Shown here: piece by piece, positions 19,843 to 28,040 of the stretch
How positions within the stretch are numbered: the stretch's first letter is position 1
Layout of the letters: every line of letters begins with the position of its first letter
Sequence record: SRR20825010_2866
Length of the DNA: 45,920 nt
Strand: one strand, 5' to 3'
Made by a program: the position numbers and the translations under genes
Notes under the pieces: generated by a model
The model's database searches: none
Told to the model about the DNA's origin: nothing
Seen by the model: only the letters and a program-made list of their open reading frames with translations

Positions 19843-19872
19843 GCCGCACTACTTTTGTAGTGCGGCTTTTTT
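19843..19872 (+). terminator. Rho-independent terminator
   Basis: GCCGCACTAC-TTTT-GTAGTGCGGC-TTTTTT. Confidence 0.85.
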
Positions 19873-19923
19873 AGGCCTAGATTTAGTCGATAACAAATTC
19901 TAACCACCTGCTTGGCAGACAAC

Positions 19924-21237
19924 ATGCCCAGAAAACAACAACGCCCTTCAATAAAACGGAAACTGCTTACTTTTCTGACACTAACGGGTTTCGCGTGTAC
20001 CGGGCTAATATTCTTCTCACACACCCTTTTAATCGACTATATCCATGACGAGCTTCACAGGCAGCAGCTAGAGGCTGCAGCTAACCGACTCTCAAAGATG
20101 CTAACAAATGATAAAGAAGAAATTACAAAATCCTCTCTCAGAAATTTTTCATTGTCTCAATATTCTGTTCACATCGAAGACAGTCAAGGTCGGAGTTTTA
20201 CAAGCGAGAACATTAAACCGAAATTACAGGTGGTAGAATCGTTCAAAAAGCCTGGAATTTTTCACATATCGGATGATGATCGCTCAATCCTTGGCTACTA
20301 CAAAATATTTAATAACAGACAAGATAAACTAAGCGTTACTATAATTGAAAAAAGCTCCTACTCCCCAAACACGCTTGACAAAATTCACATTCTTATATGG
20401 ATAATATCTTTTGCAATTCTCGTTACGATATCAATGATCATATTTATTGGGGTAACTATCGCACTAAAACCCTTAAAAATGATGAGTTCCCAATTAACGT
20501 CGCTTAAAAAGGGTGAGCGTAATAGACTGGATGAGAACGTACCTGAAGAATTCAATGAACTTGTCAAACATCTTAATCGTCTATTAGAGTCGTACGACAA
20601 AAAACTTACCCGTTCACGCCACCTAGCCGCAGATATTTCTCATAGCTTAAAAACCCCCCTTGCCGTCATAAATTCCATGATCAATGACGAAGCCATTCCC
20701 ACCACAATCGCGAGTCAAATTAAGTCTCAACTGTCTGAAATGCACGAGCTGATCGACACTCAAATGAGAAAAACCGAAATGTCCGGTCAGTACATTGGAA
20801 AGGCGACACCGATCATTGAGAGAACTCTGGCACTGGTGGACGTAGTCAGTCGAATCTATCCTTACAAACAGATCCATCTTCAAGAAACATTACCCAGAGA
20901 GCTTGTCTGGCCAATTGATGAGCGTGATTTTAATGAGATCTTGGGTAATGTGCTTGATAACGCAAGCAAATGGTGCTCTCAGGAAGTTCATCTACACTTG
21001 AAACTTCACGATGACACTTTGACCATTCTTGTTGAAGATGACGGCCCCGGAGTAGCGTCACACCAACTCGCCGATCTTACCAGGCGCCAGAAAAGACTGG
21101 ACGAAAAAACCCCTGGCTATGGCCTTGGCCTATCAATCGTTGAGGAAATCATCAATGACTACGGTGGCGCCATGCATTTTTCTATATCACCCAAAGGTGG
21201 TCTTCGGGTTCTAATCGAGCTTCCCAGAAGCATTTGA
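19924..21237 (+). CDS. Orphan sensor histidine kinase HK3
   Basis: Two TM segments, HAMP, ISHSLKTP, GNVLDNASKW, DDGPG, GYGLGL; visibly AT-rich. Confidence 0.92.
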   Translation: MPRKQQRPSIKRKLLTFLTLTGFACTGLIFFSHTLLIDYIHDELHRQQLEAAANRLSKMLTNDKEEITKSSLRNFSLSQYSVHIEDSQGRSFTSENIKPKLQVVESFKKPGIFHISDDDRSILGYYKIFNNRQDKLSVTIIEKSSYSPNTLDKIHILIWIISFAILVTISMIIFIGVTIALKPLKMMSSQLTSLKKGERNRLDENVPEEFNELVKHLNRLLESYDKKLTRSRHLAADISHSLKTPLAVINSMINDEAIPTTIASQIKSQLSEMHELIDTQMRKTEMSGQYIGKATPIIERTLALVDVVSRIYPYKQIHLQETLPRELVWPIDERDFNEILGNVLDNASKWCSQEVHLHLKLHDDTLTILVEDDGPGVASHQLADLTRRQKRLDEKTPGYGLGLSIVEEIINDYGGAMHFSISPKGGLRVLIELPRSI

Positions 21238-21267
21238 CGACTACAAGGGCAACTTATCCAGCTTTAG

Positions 21268-22806
21268 TCAGCGACCAGTAGGCATAGCAGCCCGATACAC
21301 CAACGTCTCAACGTCAAAACTGTCACTTTGAACTGAGTTTTCATCCGGCGACATAAAGAATAACTCTGTATTGCCTGATACGGGGGACACCGGAGCCGAC
21401 GTTAGAAGACTTGTTGACTGCGTTTTAGGAGATTTCCCGGATCTCAGCGTCAACCAATCAACTCGAGTATCATAAACACCTATCATATCTTCGGCTGCAC
21501 TGGATTCCTGTGGAATCCCGATATTAACTGCGTCCCCACCGGAGCGTACGAGCAGGTTCGGCAAAAATAGTGTTTGCCTCGGACTAAACACCAACTCAGG
21601 CGACACGTCGTAAGTCATACTCGTGCCTGACACCCGGTTTCCAATCTCATAGTCCAGATGTGGGCCCTCAGTGCCAGCAGGGAAAAATGAAACCTTCCCT
21701 TGGGAGACGGTCACCATATTCAAAGGTCCCGGTTTGTTCTGAACAACGGCACCGATTACCCGAAACACCGGCGTGTATCGGCTTAACTTTTCATGATCGG
21801 CCTTATCAAGGTCAGGCCCGTTCGGTGAGATTAATATCTCATAAACCTCTGAACCAAACCCCTGCTCTGAGTAGAAAGACTGCCCGAGAATAGTTTCCCG
21901 GCGACCGTCAGCGTCCAAATCCTGCAATCCCAAAATTAAGGGAATGAAACCGATGGCTTCGGCCTCCCCCTCGGCCAACTGGATCAAAGAACTTGAAACA
22001 CTACGGCCATTCCACTGATTTAAAATGAGGTAATATGAGTTCTCTGAAACGTACCAGTCCATTCGGATAACTTTCTCCCGACGGGGCACCTCAATGGACG
22101 CCAGGCTCTGAACAGCCCCGCTGGAATCAACAAGGAAAAAGCTGAGTTTGTTTCCATGCTCCGCCGCAAAATAGTAATCGCTGCCAGAACGAAACGCGGA
22201 CAACGACTTTGCGTTGATGGGCAGTCTGGCAAATGGAGACGCTAAAACCTCCTCCTCAACTGAACCTACCCGACGTTCTTCATCATCGGTCTGTACGATG
22301 CCGACCAACCAGGTGTTATTGTAGGTCGCAACGGCTTGACCTCTCCCGGTAACTTGAAAGCGCACCAATGGCACATCGTTTGACGCCTCTGGCTCGTCCC
22401 GCCACAAAAGATCAGGAAATCGGGCTTTCAACGCCGGCGTTACCGCCCTGGGGTCGCCGGCTCTGTCAGTAAACACCGCCGGGATACCGTAAAAGCGTTT
22501 CGCTACAGCTCCAACGGAGGGCATCGTTCCAAACAGCACTTTCCCTACTGCTTGATCCTTTCCGATACTCTCGATACCGATGACTGAAGGATTTTGTTCC
22601 GGGATGCCTGCATTATCAGGCTCCCGCAACACAACAAATAAATCACCCACCTCAGCAGTGGCATCGTCAACTGTGAGGGAAAGCACTTTTTGATCACGAT
22701 CTACCTGAGTGACCTTTGCCTTTGCGGGATGCTCACGCTCAACCGCCTGTACCGCACCAGCTAGTAGTAGCATCAGGAACACAAATACTGCAGAACGAGT
22801 CATCAT
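21268..22806 (-). CDS. Secreted hypothetical protein with one FG-GAP/VCBS-like motif
   Basis: Signal peptide ending AVQA; DLDADGRRETILGQ Ca-binding-loop-like motif; beta-rich C-terminal half. Confidence 0.75.
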   Translation of the reverse strand: MMTRSAVFVFLMLLLAGAVQAVEREHPAKAKVTQVDRDQKVLSLTVDDATAEVGDLFVVLREPDNAGIPEQNPSVIGIESIGKDQAVGKVLFGTMPSVGAVAKRFYGIPAVFTDRAGDPRAVTPALKARFPDLLWRDEPEASNDVPLVRFQVTGRGQAVATYNNTWLVGIVQTDDEERRVGSVEEEVLASPFARLPINAKSLSAFRSGSDYYFAAEHGNKLSFFLVDSSGAVQSLASIEVPRREKVIRMDWYVSENSYYLILNQWNGRSVSSSLIQLAEGEAEAIGFIPLILGLQDLDADGRRETILGQSFYSEQGFGSEVYEILISPNGPDLDKADHEKLSRYTPVFRVIGAVVQNKPGPLNMVTVSQGKVSFFPAGTEGPHLDYEIGNRVSGTSMTYDVSPELVFSPRQTLFLPNLLVRSGGDAVNIGIPQESSAAEDMIGVYDTRVDWLTLRSGKSPKTQSTSLLTSAPVSPVSGNTELFFMSPDENSVQSDSFDVETLVYRAAMPTGR

Positions 22807-22840
22807 AGGAAAAAGTCACTTAATGCGGATTCATTTCGTA

Positions 22841-22882
22841 TAACAAAAGCGGGGTGGCGCTCCCACCACCCCGCTTTTGTTA
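22841..22882 (-). terminator. Terminator-like hairpin right after the porin stop codon
   Basis: Perfect 17-bp inverted repeat TAACAAAAGCGGGGTGG / CCACCCCGCTTTTGTTA. Confidence 0.8.
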
Positions 22883-24286
22883 GAACTTGTACCTTACCCG
22901 ACCAGCAACATGAACAATGTCCTGATCGCTTTTGCCGTCCTGTAAGGCAGTTTCCTCCAGCGCATCCATGGCATCGCCTGATGCCAGGTATGCAGCTTCT
23001 GCCGACAGCTCAAGCGAAGGGTATGGGAGGTACGAGACCTTGGAGCCAAATTCCAGTCCGAGATCTTTTGAGGACGATCCATCGGCAAGTGCAATGTCCT
23101 CAGCCAAGCGGTTGTAGACAATCATTCCGCTGACCGTAATATTGGCCGCTACTTTATGATCGAGCTGTAGCTTGTTCATGAAATACCCTTTGTCGAGGAT
23201 ATAGGGCGTTTCGGCGAAGTAGTCATCGCTCGTCATGTTTTCCTGAAAAATCATACTGTCGCTGAAGTCGACATCCGTGGCGATGAAGGCGTCGAAGTCC
23301 GCGTCTTGCTCATTGCCATCGCCCGATGCGTAGAGCACGGTGTACGTCAGTTGGTTTGGTCCAAATTGCAGCCCGAGCTCGCCGCGTCCCAGAAAGGTCG
23401 AAAGGTCATAGTTCGTATTGGGATTCCTAGCACCATTCAATGGGACGAAATTTACACCTTCTATTGTTCCGCTTTGGCCAATCACCGTACCCTTCACGAA
23501 CATGCGGCCTAGCGACGTCTCCTGACCATAATCCATCTCCACCCCAAAGCTGGAAACGGAATATTTGGAGTTATCAGCGATACTCTTCAGTTCATACTCC
23601 CTGCTATTTACCGTACCTACTCCCTCAGCAATTTGATCATTCATCTGATAGAGATAGAATAGGCCCGCGCTCAGGTTCGGTGAGTAACGCTTGTTCAGGT
23701 TGATCGCGAAGTTGTCCGCGCCATCCCAGCCTTCGTCCTGTTCTGAGTCGACGCCGCTCTCATTGGAAGAGTCACCTCGCCCCCATAACAACTGATAGTC
23801 AAATCCAGAGCCCAGTGAGCCTTTCCAAACAGCGGCTGTGGCGGTTTCAGTCCAGACATGTCGGTTCACTGACACTGGCTGCAAGCCCAGCGATACGCGC
23901 TGGGCTAGCGTGTTGGGCACCAAGAAATCCACATAAGCCCACCGTGTTTCGATGTTCACACCATCACCGGAATAGTCGCCACCCGCCCCCTCACCGTAGC
24001 GGATGCCACCAATCTCCGTCGCGAATACACCGGTAACTTTCTTGTCGTCGGAAGTTGCCTTCGCCCAGAAGCGATATTTGACCTCGCCGAAGCTCTCGGT
24101 CGGCTCGTCATCTTTCAGCGTACCGCCACCTGAGTTACCACCAGAAAACCAGTCTCTTTGATTGGTGTAAGCCTGAAAGCGGTTATCCATATCACCGTGG
24201 AATTCAATCTCCGCTGCCGTCGCGGCCCAACTTCCCGACAGTGTTGTCATCCCTGCAATCGCAGTGGCCAGAATGTTGCGTTTCAA
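22880..24286 (-). CDS. Outer-membrane beta-barrel/porin, resembling Desulfobacterota OmpJ-like porins
   Basis: TTG start with SD GGAGGGG, signal peptide, alternating beta-strand pattern, C-terminal RYKF. Confidence 0.8.
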   Translation of the reverse strand: MKRNILATAIAGMTTLSGSWAATAAEIEFHGDMDNRFQAYTNQRDWFSGGNSGGGTLKDDEPTESFGEVKYRFWAKATSDDKKVTGVFATEIGGIRYGEGAGGDYSGDGVNIETRWAYVDFLVPNTLAQRVSLGLQPVSVNRHVWTETATAAVWKGSLGSGFDYQLLWGRGDSSNESGVDSEQDEGWDGADNFAINLNKRYSPNLSAGLFYLYQMNDQIAEGVGTVNSREYELKSIADNSKYSVSSFGVEMDYGQETSLGRMFVKGTVIGQSGTIEGVNFVPLNGARNPNTNYDLSTFLGRGELGLQFGPNQLTYTVLYASGDGNEQDADFDAFIATDVDFSDSMIFQENMTSDDYFAETPYILDKGYFMNKLQLDHKVAANITVSGMIVYNRLAEDIALADGSSSKDLGLEFGSKVSYLPYPSLELSAEAAYLASGDAMDALEETALQDGKSDQDIVHVAGRVRYKF

Positions 24287-24386
24287 TGTAATCCCCTCCA
24301 GTTTCTTTCTTGATTGTTTGTGATATCCGATTCGTACGGATCGTGGCGTAAATCTTAAAACCAGCTAGAACAACGGACTAAAGGTC

Positions 24387-24417
24387 AAAAAAAAGGCGGG
24401 AATGAAGCATTCCCGCC
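24387..24417 (-). terminator. Rho-independent terminator downstream of the classical porin gene
   Basis: GGCGGGAATG-CTT-CATTCCCGCC followed by T8 on the minus strand. Confidence 0.85.
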
Positions 24418-24461
24418 ATTAAATAACCTTAGTTAACTCGCAAGTAGGTTCTCACACGAAC

Positions 24462-24477
24462 CTTAAATGAACTTGAA
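24462..24477 (-). promoter_or_regulatory. Direct-repeat box 9 (TTCAA-GTTCAT-TTAAG)
   Basis: Consensus match with GTTCG extension; flanks resemble box 5 over ~40 bp. Confidence 0.68.
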
Positions 24478-24534
24478 ATCCGGAAAAGATTTCAGATACG
24501 TCGGTCTCCCTGTATTCAGCGATCACGCTCGACC

Positions 24535-25524
24535 CTACATGGAAAACTTATGCTCGAAGCCCACACCAAATGTGGAGTCCTCAGAGTCAGCCAAGTCCGC
24601 CTCCACCTGAGACACGTAAGCATAAACCTTACTCTTGCTAGCCAGTTTATAATCGAGCCCCAAGGCCAGCAGGGTTAGCTCCTCGTTTGTTGTCTCGGCT
24701 TCTGTCAGTCCGTACTGCGCCTTGATCTTCCAACGCTCAAGGTTAACGGCACCGCCAACCAGATAAGACGTATCTTCTCCAGGGCCATCGCTTTCTTCTG
24801 CCAACTGGTAAACTGCGCCGATCTCGAAGTTGCTTAATCGGACCTTCCCTACGGTTCGCAGGATATTGAGACGACTATCGCCACTTGAATCGGCTTCCAG
24901 TGAATCTTCGATATCAGAATCGTAGGCAATACTGCCGTAGAAATGGTCGTTCTCAAACGTAAAAGAGCTGGAAACTGCATCCGCAGGTCTGTCGTTCTCT
25001 GCCCCAGCTGACTGCTCTTCACCCGGGATGACGGCAACACTAACGCCCACAGCATCAAACAGACGTGGAGAACTGTATTGAACAATGTTGCTGGTCCGAT
25101 TTTCACCAGCCATGATATTTTTTATATCCGCCTGTAGGTCGTTGAACTGGTCAACCTTGCCCTGCGCTGACTTTAAAGGTGTATCAAATTTTCCCGCAAT
25201 CAGTGCACCAAGGTTCGCCTGCTTGAAGCCACCGTAAATATTACGCTGCGAGAAAGTCTGGCCATCCTTATCTCCATCATCAATCGATATTTCAAATTCT
25301 GCCTTGTAGATCGCCTCCAAGCCTTCGAGGTCGGTATTGAGCGCCCCTTTTACCCCCAGACGGGACGCATTACTCTGGAGCTTCCAGGTATCGCTATTAC
25401 CGTCGTCCTGGTTTTCATACGAAACATTGGCTTTGCCATACAGGATAGGACCTTCCGCCGCTAGTGCATTCATTGAAGTTACTGCAACCCCACCAAACAC
25501 CAACATTGATAGACACTTTTTCAT
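24535..25524 (-). CDS. Gram-negative general porin (Porin_4-like)
   Basis: LYGKANVS, SNASRLGVKG, FSQRNIYGG, AGKFDTP, VQYSSP, GFEHKF; SD GAGG before ATG 25524. Confidence 0.92.
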   Translation of the reverse strand: MKKCLSMLVFGGVAVTSMNALAAEGPILYGKANVSYENQDDGNSDTWKLQSNASRLGVKGALNTDLEGLEAIYKAEFEISIDDGDKDGQTFSQRNIYGGFKQANLGALIAGKFDTPLKSAQGKVDQFNDLQADIKNIMAGENRTSNIVQYSSPRLFDAVGVSVAVIPGEEQSAGAENDRPADAVSSSFTFENDHFYGSIAYDSDIEDSLEADSSGDSRLNILRTVGKVRLSNFEIGAVYQLAEESDGPGEDTSYLVGGAVNLERWKIKAQYGLTEAETTNEELTLLALGLDYKLASKSKVYAYVSQVEADLADSEDSTFGVGFEHKFSM

Positions 25525-25668
25525 GAGCACCTCTTCAGATTAGATAGATTCAAAATGACACTTGAAGTCTTTCAAATGCTGAGTAGATGGTGCTTTGCAC
25601 TTATTGCAGAGTTGTTACATTTTTAAATTTTTTCTTTGTATTTCAACAACCTAAAACAAAAACCTTTT

Positions 25669-25700
25669 ATTATATCCTTTGACACTGAATTGAACTTGAA
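25669..25700 (-). promoter_or_regulatory. Direct-repeat box 10 (TTCAA-GTTCAA-TTCAG, 25685-25700) with perfect -10 TATAAT (25669-25674)
   Basis: TATAAT begins exactly 10 nt after the box. Confidence 0.75.
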
Positions 25701-25792
25701 TATAAGCGGCTGTCTTCGTACATCGCGTCGTGGGCACGGAAGCGCTTTCCGTCTGACGCCAGGTCATTCACTAAATTCTTCTGTTCGCTCCC

Positions 25793-25868
25793 TGTGGTGG
25801 CCCCCGCTAAACCGGACACCACCTTGTTAATTTGATGCCAGTTCTGCCCGGTATTCCCCGGGCGATCT
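25793..25868 (-). mobile_element. IS3-family right-end remnant (~75 bp)
   Basis: TGTGGTGGCCCCCGCTAAACCGGACAC resembles IS3 termini (TG...GGACAC); minus strand encodes RSPGEYRAELASN*, like an OrfB C-terminus. Confidence 0.6.
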
Positions 25869-26017
25869 AATTGTTCCGCCCGTTCACGCCCTTTTTCCAG
25901 CGACCGGCCTGCCAAGACAATGTTGCCGTCGATCCGTTGCCCCAAGAGTGTTGCAATAGCCGCCCCTGCAGCTCCGTGGCCACCAAGGATAAGTACGCTC
26001 TTGTTGCTCTGTCTCAT
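25869..26017 (-). pseudogene. Truncated NAD(P)-binding oxidoreductase (saccharopine-dehydrogenase-like N-terminus)
   Basis: SD AGGAG; VLILGGHGAAG...IVLAGRSLEK Rossmann start, only ~50 codons before the IS remnant. Confidence 0.7.
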
Positions 26018-26053
26018 CGTTGCTCAAACTCCTTTTTGACGTACTCCAGTTCA

Positions 26054-26077
26054 ACCCTTCAGTTACTACAGGGTCAA
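26054..26077 (-). promoter_or_regulatory. CadR/PbrR-type MerR operator-promoter (imperfect) facing the pseudogene
   Basis: Minus strand TTGACCCTGTAGTAACTGAAGGGT. Confidence 0.7.
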
Positions 26078-26136
26078 ACCGCAAGTCGTCGAATCGCGGT
26101 GGGTTCACCAGTGTCGTCAAAACTAACAACTTAACG

Positions 26137-26167
26137 TTGACCCTGTAGTGACTACAGGGTTTTAAAT
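26137..26167 (+). promoter_or_regulatory. CadR/PbrR-type MerR operator-promoter
   Basis: TTGACC, 19-nt spacer, TTAAAT; perfect dyad ACCCTGTAGT-G-ACTACAGGGT. Confidence 0.88.
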
Positions 26168-26200
26168 AACGGAACTTGTGCGAGAACCGGAGCCGCGAAA

Positions 26201-27097
26201 ATGAGCAAACCCTGCGATGGACAGTGTGGCAGTGAAGATCCTGTCGTAAACAATGAGTTTCAGAGACCCGTCACCGCCGAAACAGGCAGTCAGCTCAGCA
26301 CCTACAACGTGCCAAAAATGGATTGCCCTTCAGAAGAGCGAATGATTCGGATGGCGCTCACGGGCGTTTACAACATTCAGTCACTCTCATTCGACCTATC
26401 GAATCGAAAGCTGGAAATTATTCATCAGGGCGAAACAGGACCTATTACCAGCAAGCTGGAAACCCTGGGGCTGGGCGCTTCCTTGCAGAAGTCAGAAGAA
26501 GCCAGCCCTGAGTCCGTCAGGGCGGCTGAATCGTCTCATGCCAACGAGACTGAGGAATCCGGCACTTTATGGATACTGCTGGCAATCAACGGCCTGATGT
26601 TTCTGGTCGAGATGACGATGGGCCTGATCGCGCAGTCTGCTGGCCTAATTGCAGACTCGCTAGACATGCTTGCCGACGCTGCCGTCTACGGTCTTGCTCT
26701 TTACGCCGTTGGGCACGGCATCAAAATGCAGGTCAGAGCTGCGCATGTGGCTGGCATTCTCCAGCTTATCCTTGCCGTCGGTGTACTGGTTGAGGTTGGC
26801 AGGCGTTTTCTGTTCGGCAGTGATCCCCAGTCGTCAATGATGATGACCGTCGCCTCTGTTGCTCTCGTTGCCAACATCAGCTGCCTTCTTCTGATCGCAA
26901 AACACCGTGAAGGCGGTGCTCACATGAAAGCCAGCTGGATCTTTTCGGCCAATGATGTGGTTATCAATCTGGGAGTTATCCTTGCGGGGCTTCTTGTTGC
27001 CTGGACCGGTTCAAACTATCCGGATCTGGTTATTGGCGGCGTTGTGGGAGGCATTGTATTCATTGGTGCCAAGCGCATCCTTGCACTAAAAGGATAA
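26201..27097 (+). CDS. Cation efflux (CDF-like) transporter with N-terminal HMA-like domain
   Basis: MDCPSEE HMA-like motif; LIADSLDMLADA and SANDVVIN CDF motifs. Confidence 0.88.
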   Translation: MSKPCDGQCGSEDPVVNNEFQRPVTAETGSQLSTYNVPKMDCPSEERMIRMALTGVYNIQSLSFDLSNRKLEIIHQGETGPITSKLETLGLGASLQKSEEASPESVRAAESSHANETEESGTLWILLAINGLMFLVEMTMGLIAQSAGLIADSLDMLADAAVYGLALYAVGHGIKMQVRAAHVAGILQLILAVGVLVEVGRRFLFGSDPQSSMMMTVASVALVANISCLLLIAKHREGGAHMKASWIFSANDVVINLGVILAGLLVAWTGSNYPDLVIGGVVGGIVFIGAKRILALKG

Positions 27098-27101
27098 TTC
27101 G

Positions 27102-27638
27102 ATGTCTGAACACCGTGCTAGTTTTTCTACGTTTATCTTTCTCGGCTTTTCCACACTGGTAGCGCTGGCCGACCAGCTTATTAAATGGCTCGTCCAGCAA
27201 TCCATGGCTTACGGGCAATCGGTTGAGATCACTCCTTTCTTTAATTGGGTGCACGTATGGAATAAAGGCGCTGCCTTTAGTCTCTTCGCCGATGGCGGGG
27301 GCTGGCAGCGATATTTTTTTATTGCGATAGCCGTTGTCGTCTCGGCTGTTCTGGTCAAATTGATTCGGGACAGCCATAAGCGAACAGAAGCCCTGGCCTA
27401 TGCGATGGTACTTGGCGGTGCATTCGGAAATGTCATCGACCGAGTTTTCCGAGGCTACGTTGTCGATTACCTGGATTTTCATTGGCAATCCTGGCACTGG
27501 CCGGCGTTCAATCTTGCCGACGTCTTCATAGTCCTGGGCGTGATCATGATTTCGGCCACTAGCTTTAGAACCCAAAAAAGTCCCGACGAACAAGTGGAAG
27601 ACTCGCGCTCAAAAACGGGCAACTACGGAAGGGAGTAG
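27102..27638 (+). CDS. lspA: Lipoprotein signal peptidase II (accessory, PbrC-like copy)
   Basis: DQLIK, NKGAAFS, GNVIDR, VVDYL, WPAFNLAD. Confidence 0.93.
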   Translation: MSEHRASFSTFIFLGFSTLVALADQLIKWLVQQSMAYGQSVEITPFFNWVHVWNKGAAFSLFADGGGWQRYFFIAIAVVVSAVLVKLIRDSHKRTEALAYAMVLGGAFGNVIDRVFRGYVVDYLDFHWQSWHWPAFNLADVFIVLGVIMISATSFRTQKSPDEQVEDSRSKTGNYGRE

Positions 27639-27650
27639 GAGGAGGAATCA

Positions 27651-28001
27651 ATGCACAGTGAATTGAAACGCTTCTTTCGTGCGGAACTTCAGGCTGCCCA
27701 CGAGGCAGAAAAACGGGGCGATATCCAGTCTGCCTTCACCCATCTTGAACGCGCCCATATCCTCAGCCAGAAATACGCTCTGGCGCACGCCGCAACTCAT
27801 ATACGGATGCTCAAACTGGGTTGGCGGACGAGAGATGCTCGCGAAGTCGTTGGGCAGTTTACTCGAGCGATTGCTGCCTTACTCTTCTCCCGCATCTGGG
27901 TTCCGGCTGGGAACACAGGGCGCGCAAACGTCAGCGCATTCGCGCCCATGCCGTTACCTGAGGATTTAGCACGCGTACTAAAGGAAACCCACGAACGGTA
28001 G
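27651..28001 (+). CDS. DUF3703-family protein
   Basis: AFTHLERAHILSQ, H-x3-H, PAGNTGRANVSAF-PMP. Confidence 0.85.
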   Translation: MHSELKRFFRAELQAAHEAEKRGDIQSAFTHLERAHILSQKYALAHAATHIRMLKLGWRTRDAREVVGQFTRAIAALLFSRIWVPAGNTGRANVSAFAPMPLPEDLARVLKETHER

Positions 28002-28040
28002 GTTTTCTCCCCAAGCAAGAGAAAAACCGACCGCAAATAT

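Noticed and set aside
22833-22860. ATTTCGTATAA, resembling a XerC arm of a dif/pdif site
   Set aside because: No XerD arm (TTATGTTAAAT-like) 6 nt away; the adjacent sequence is a terminator stem.
25670-26017. 115-aa ORF as an intact gene
   Set aside because: Only the first ~50 codons look like a Rossmann fold; the rest reads through the IS scar and promoter DNA.
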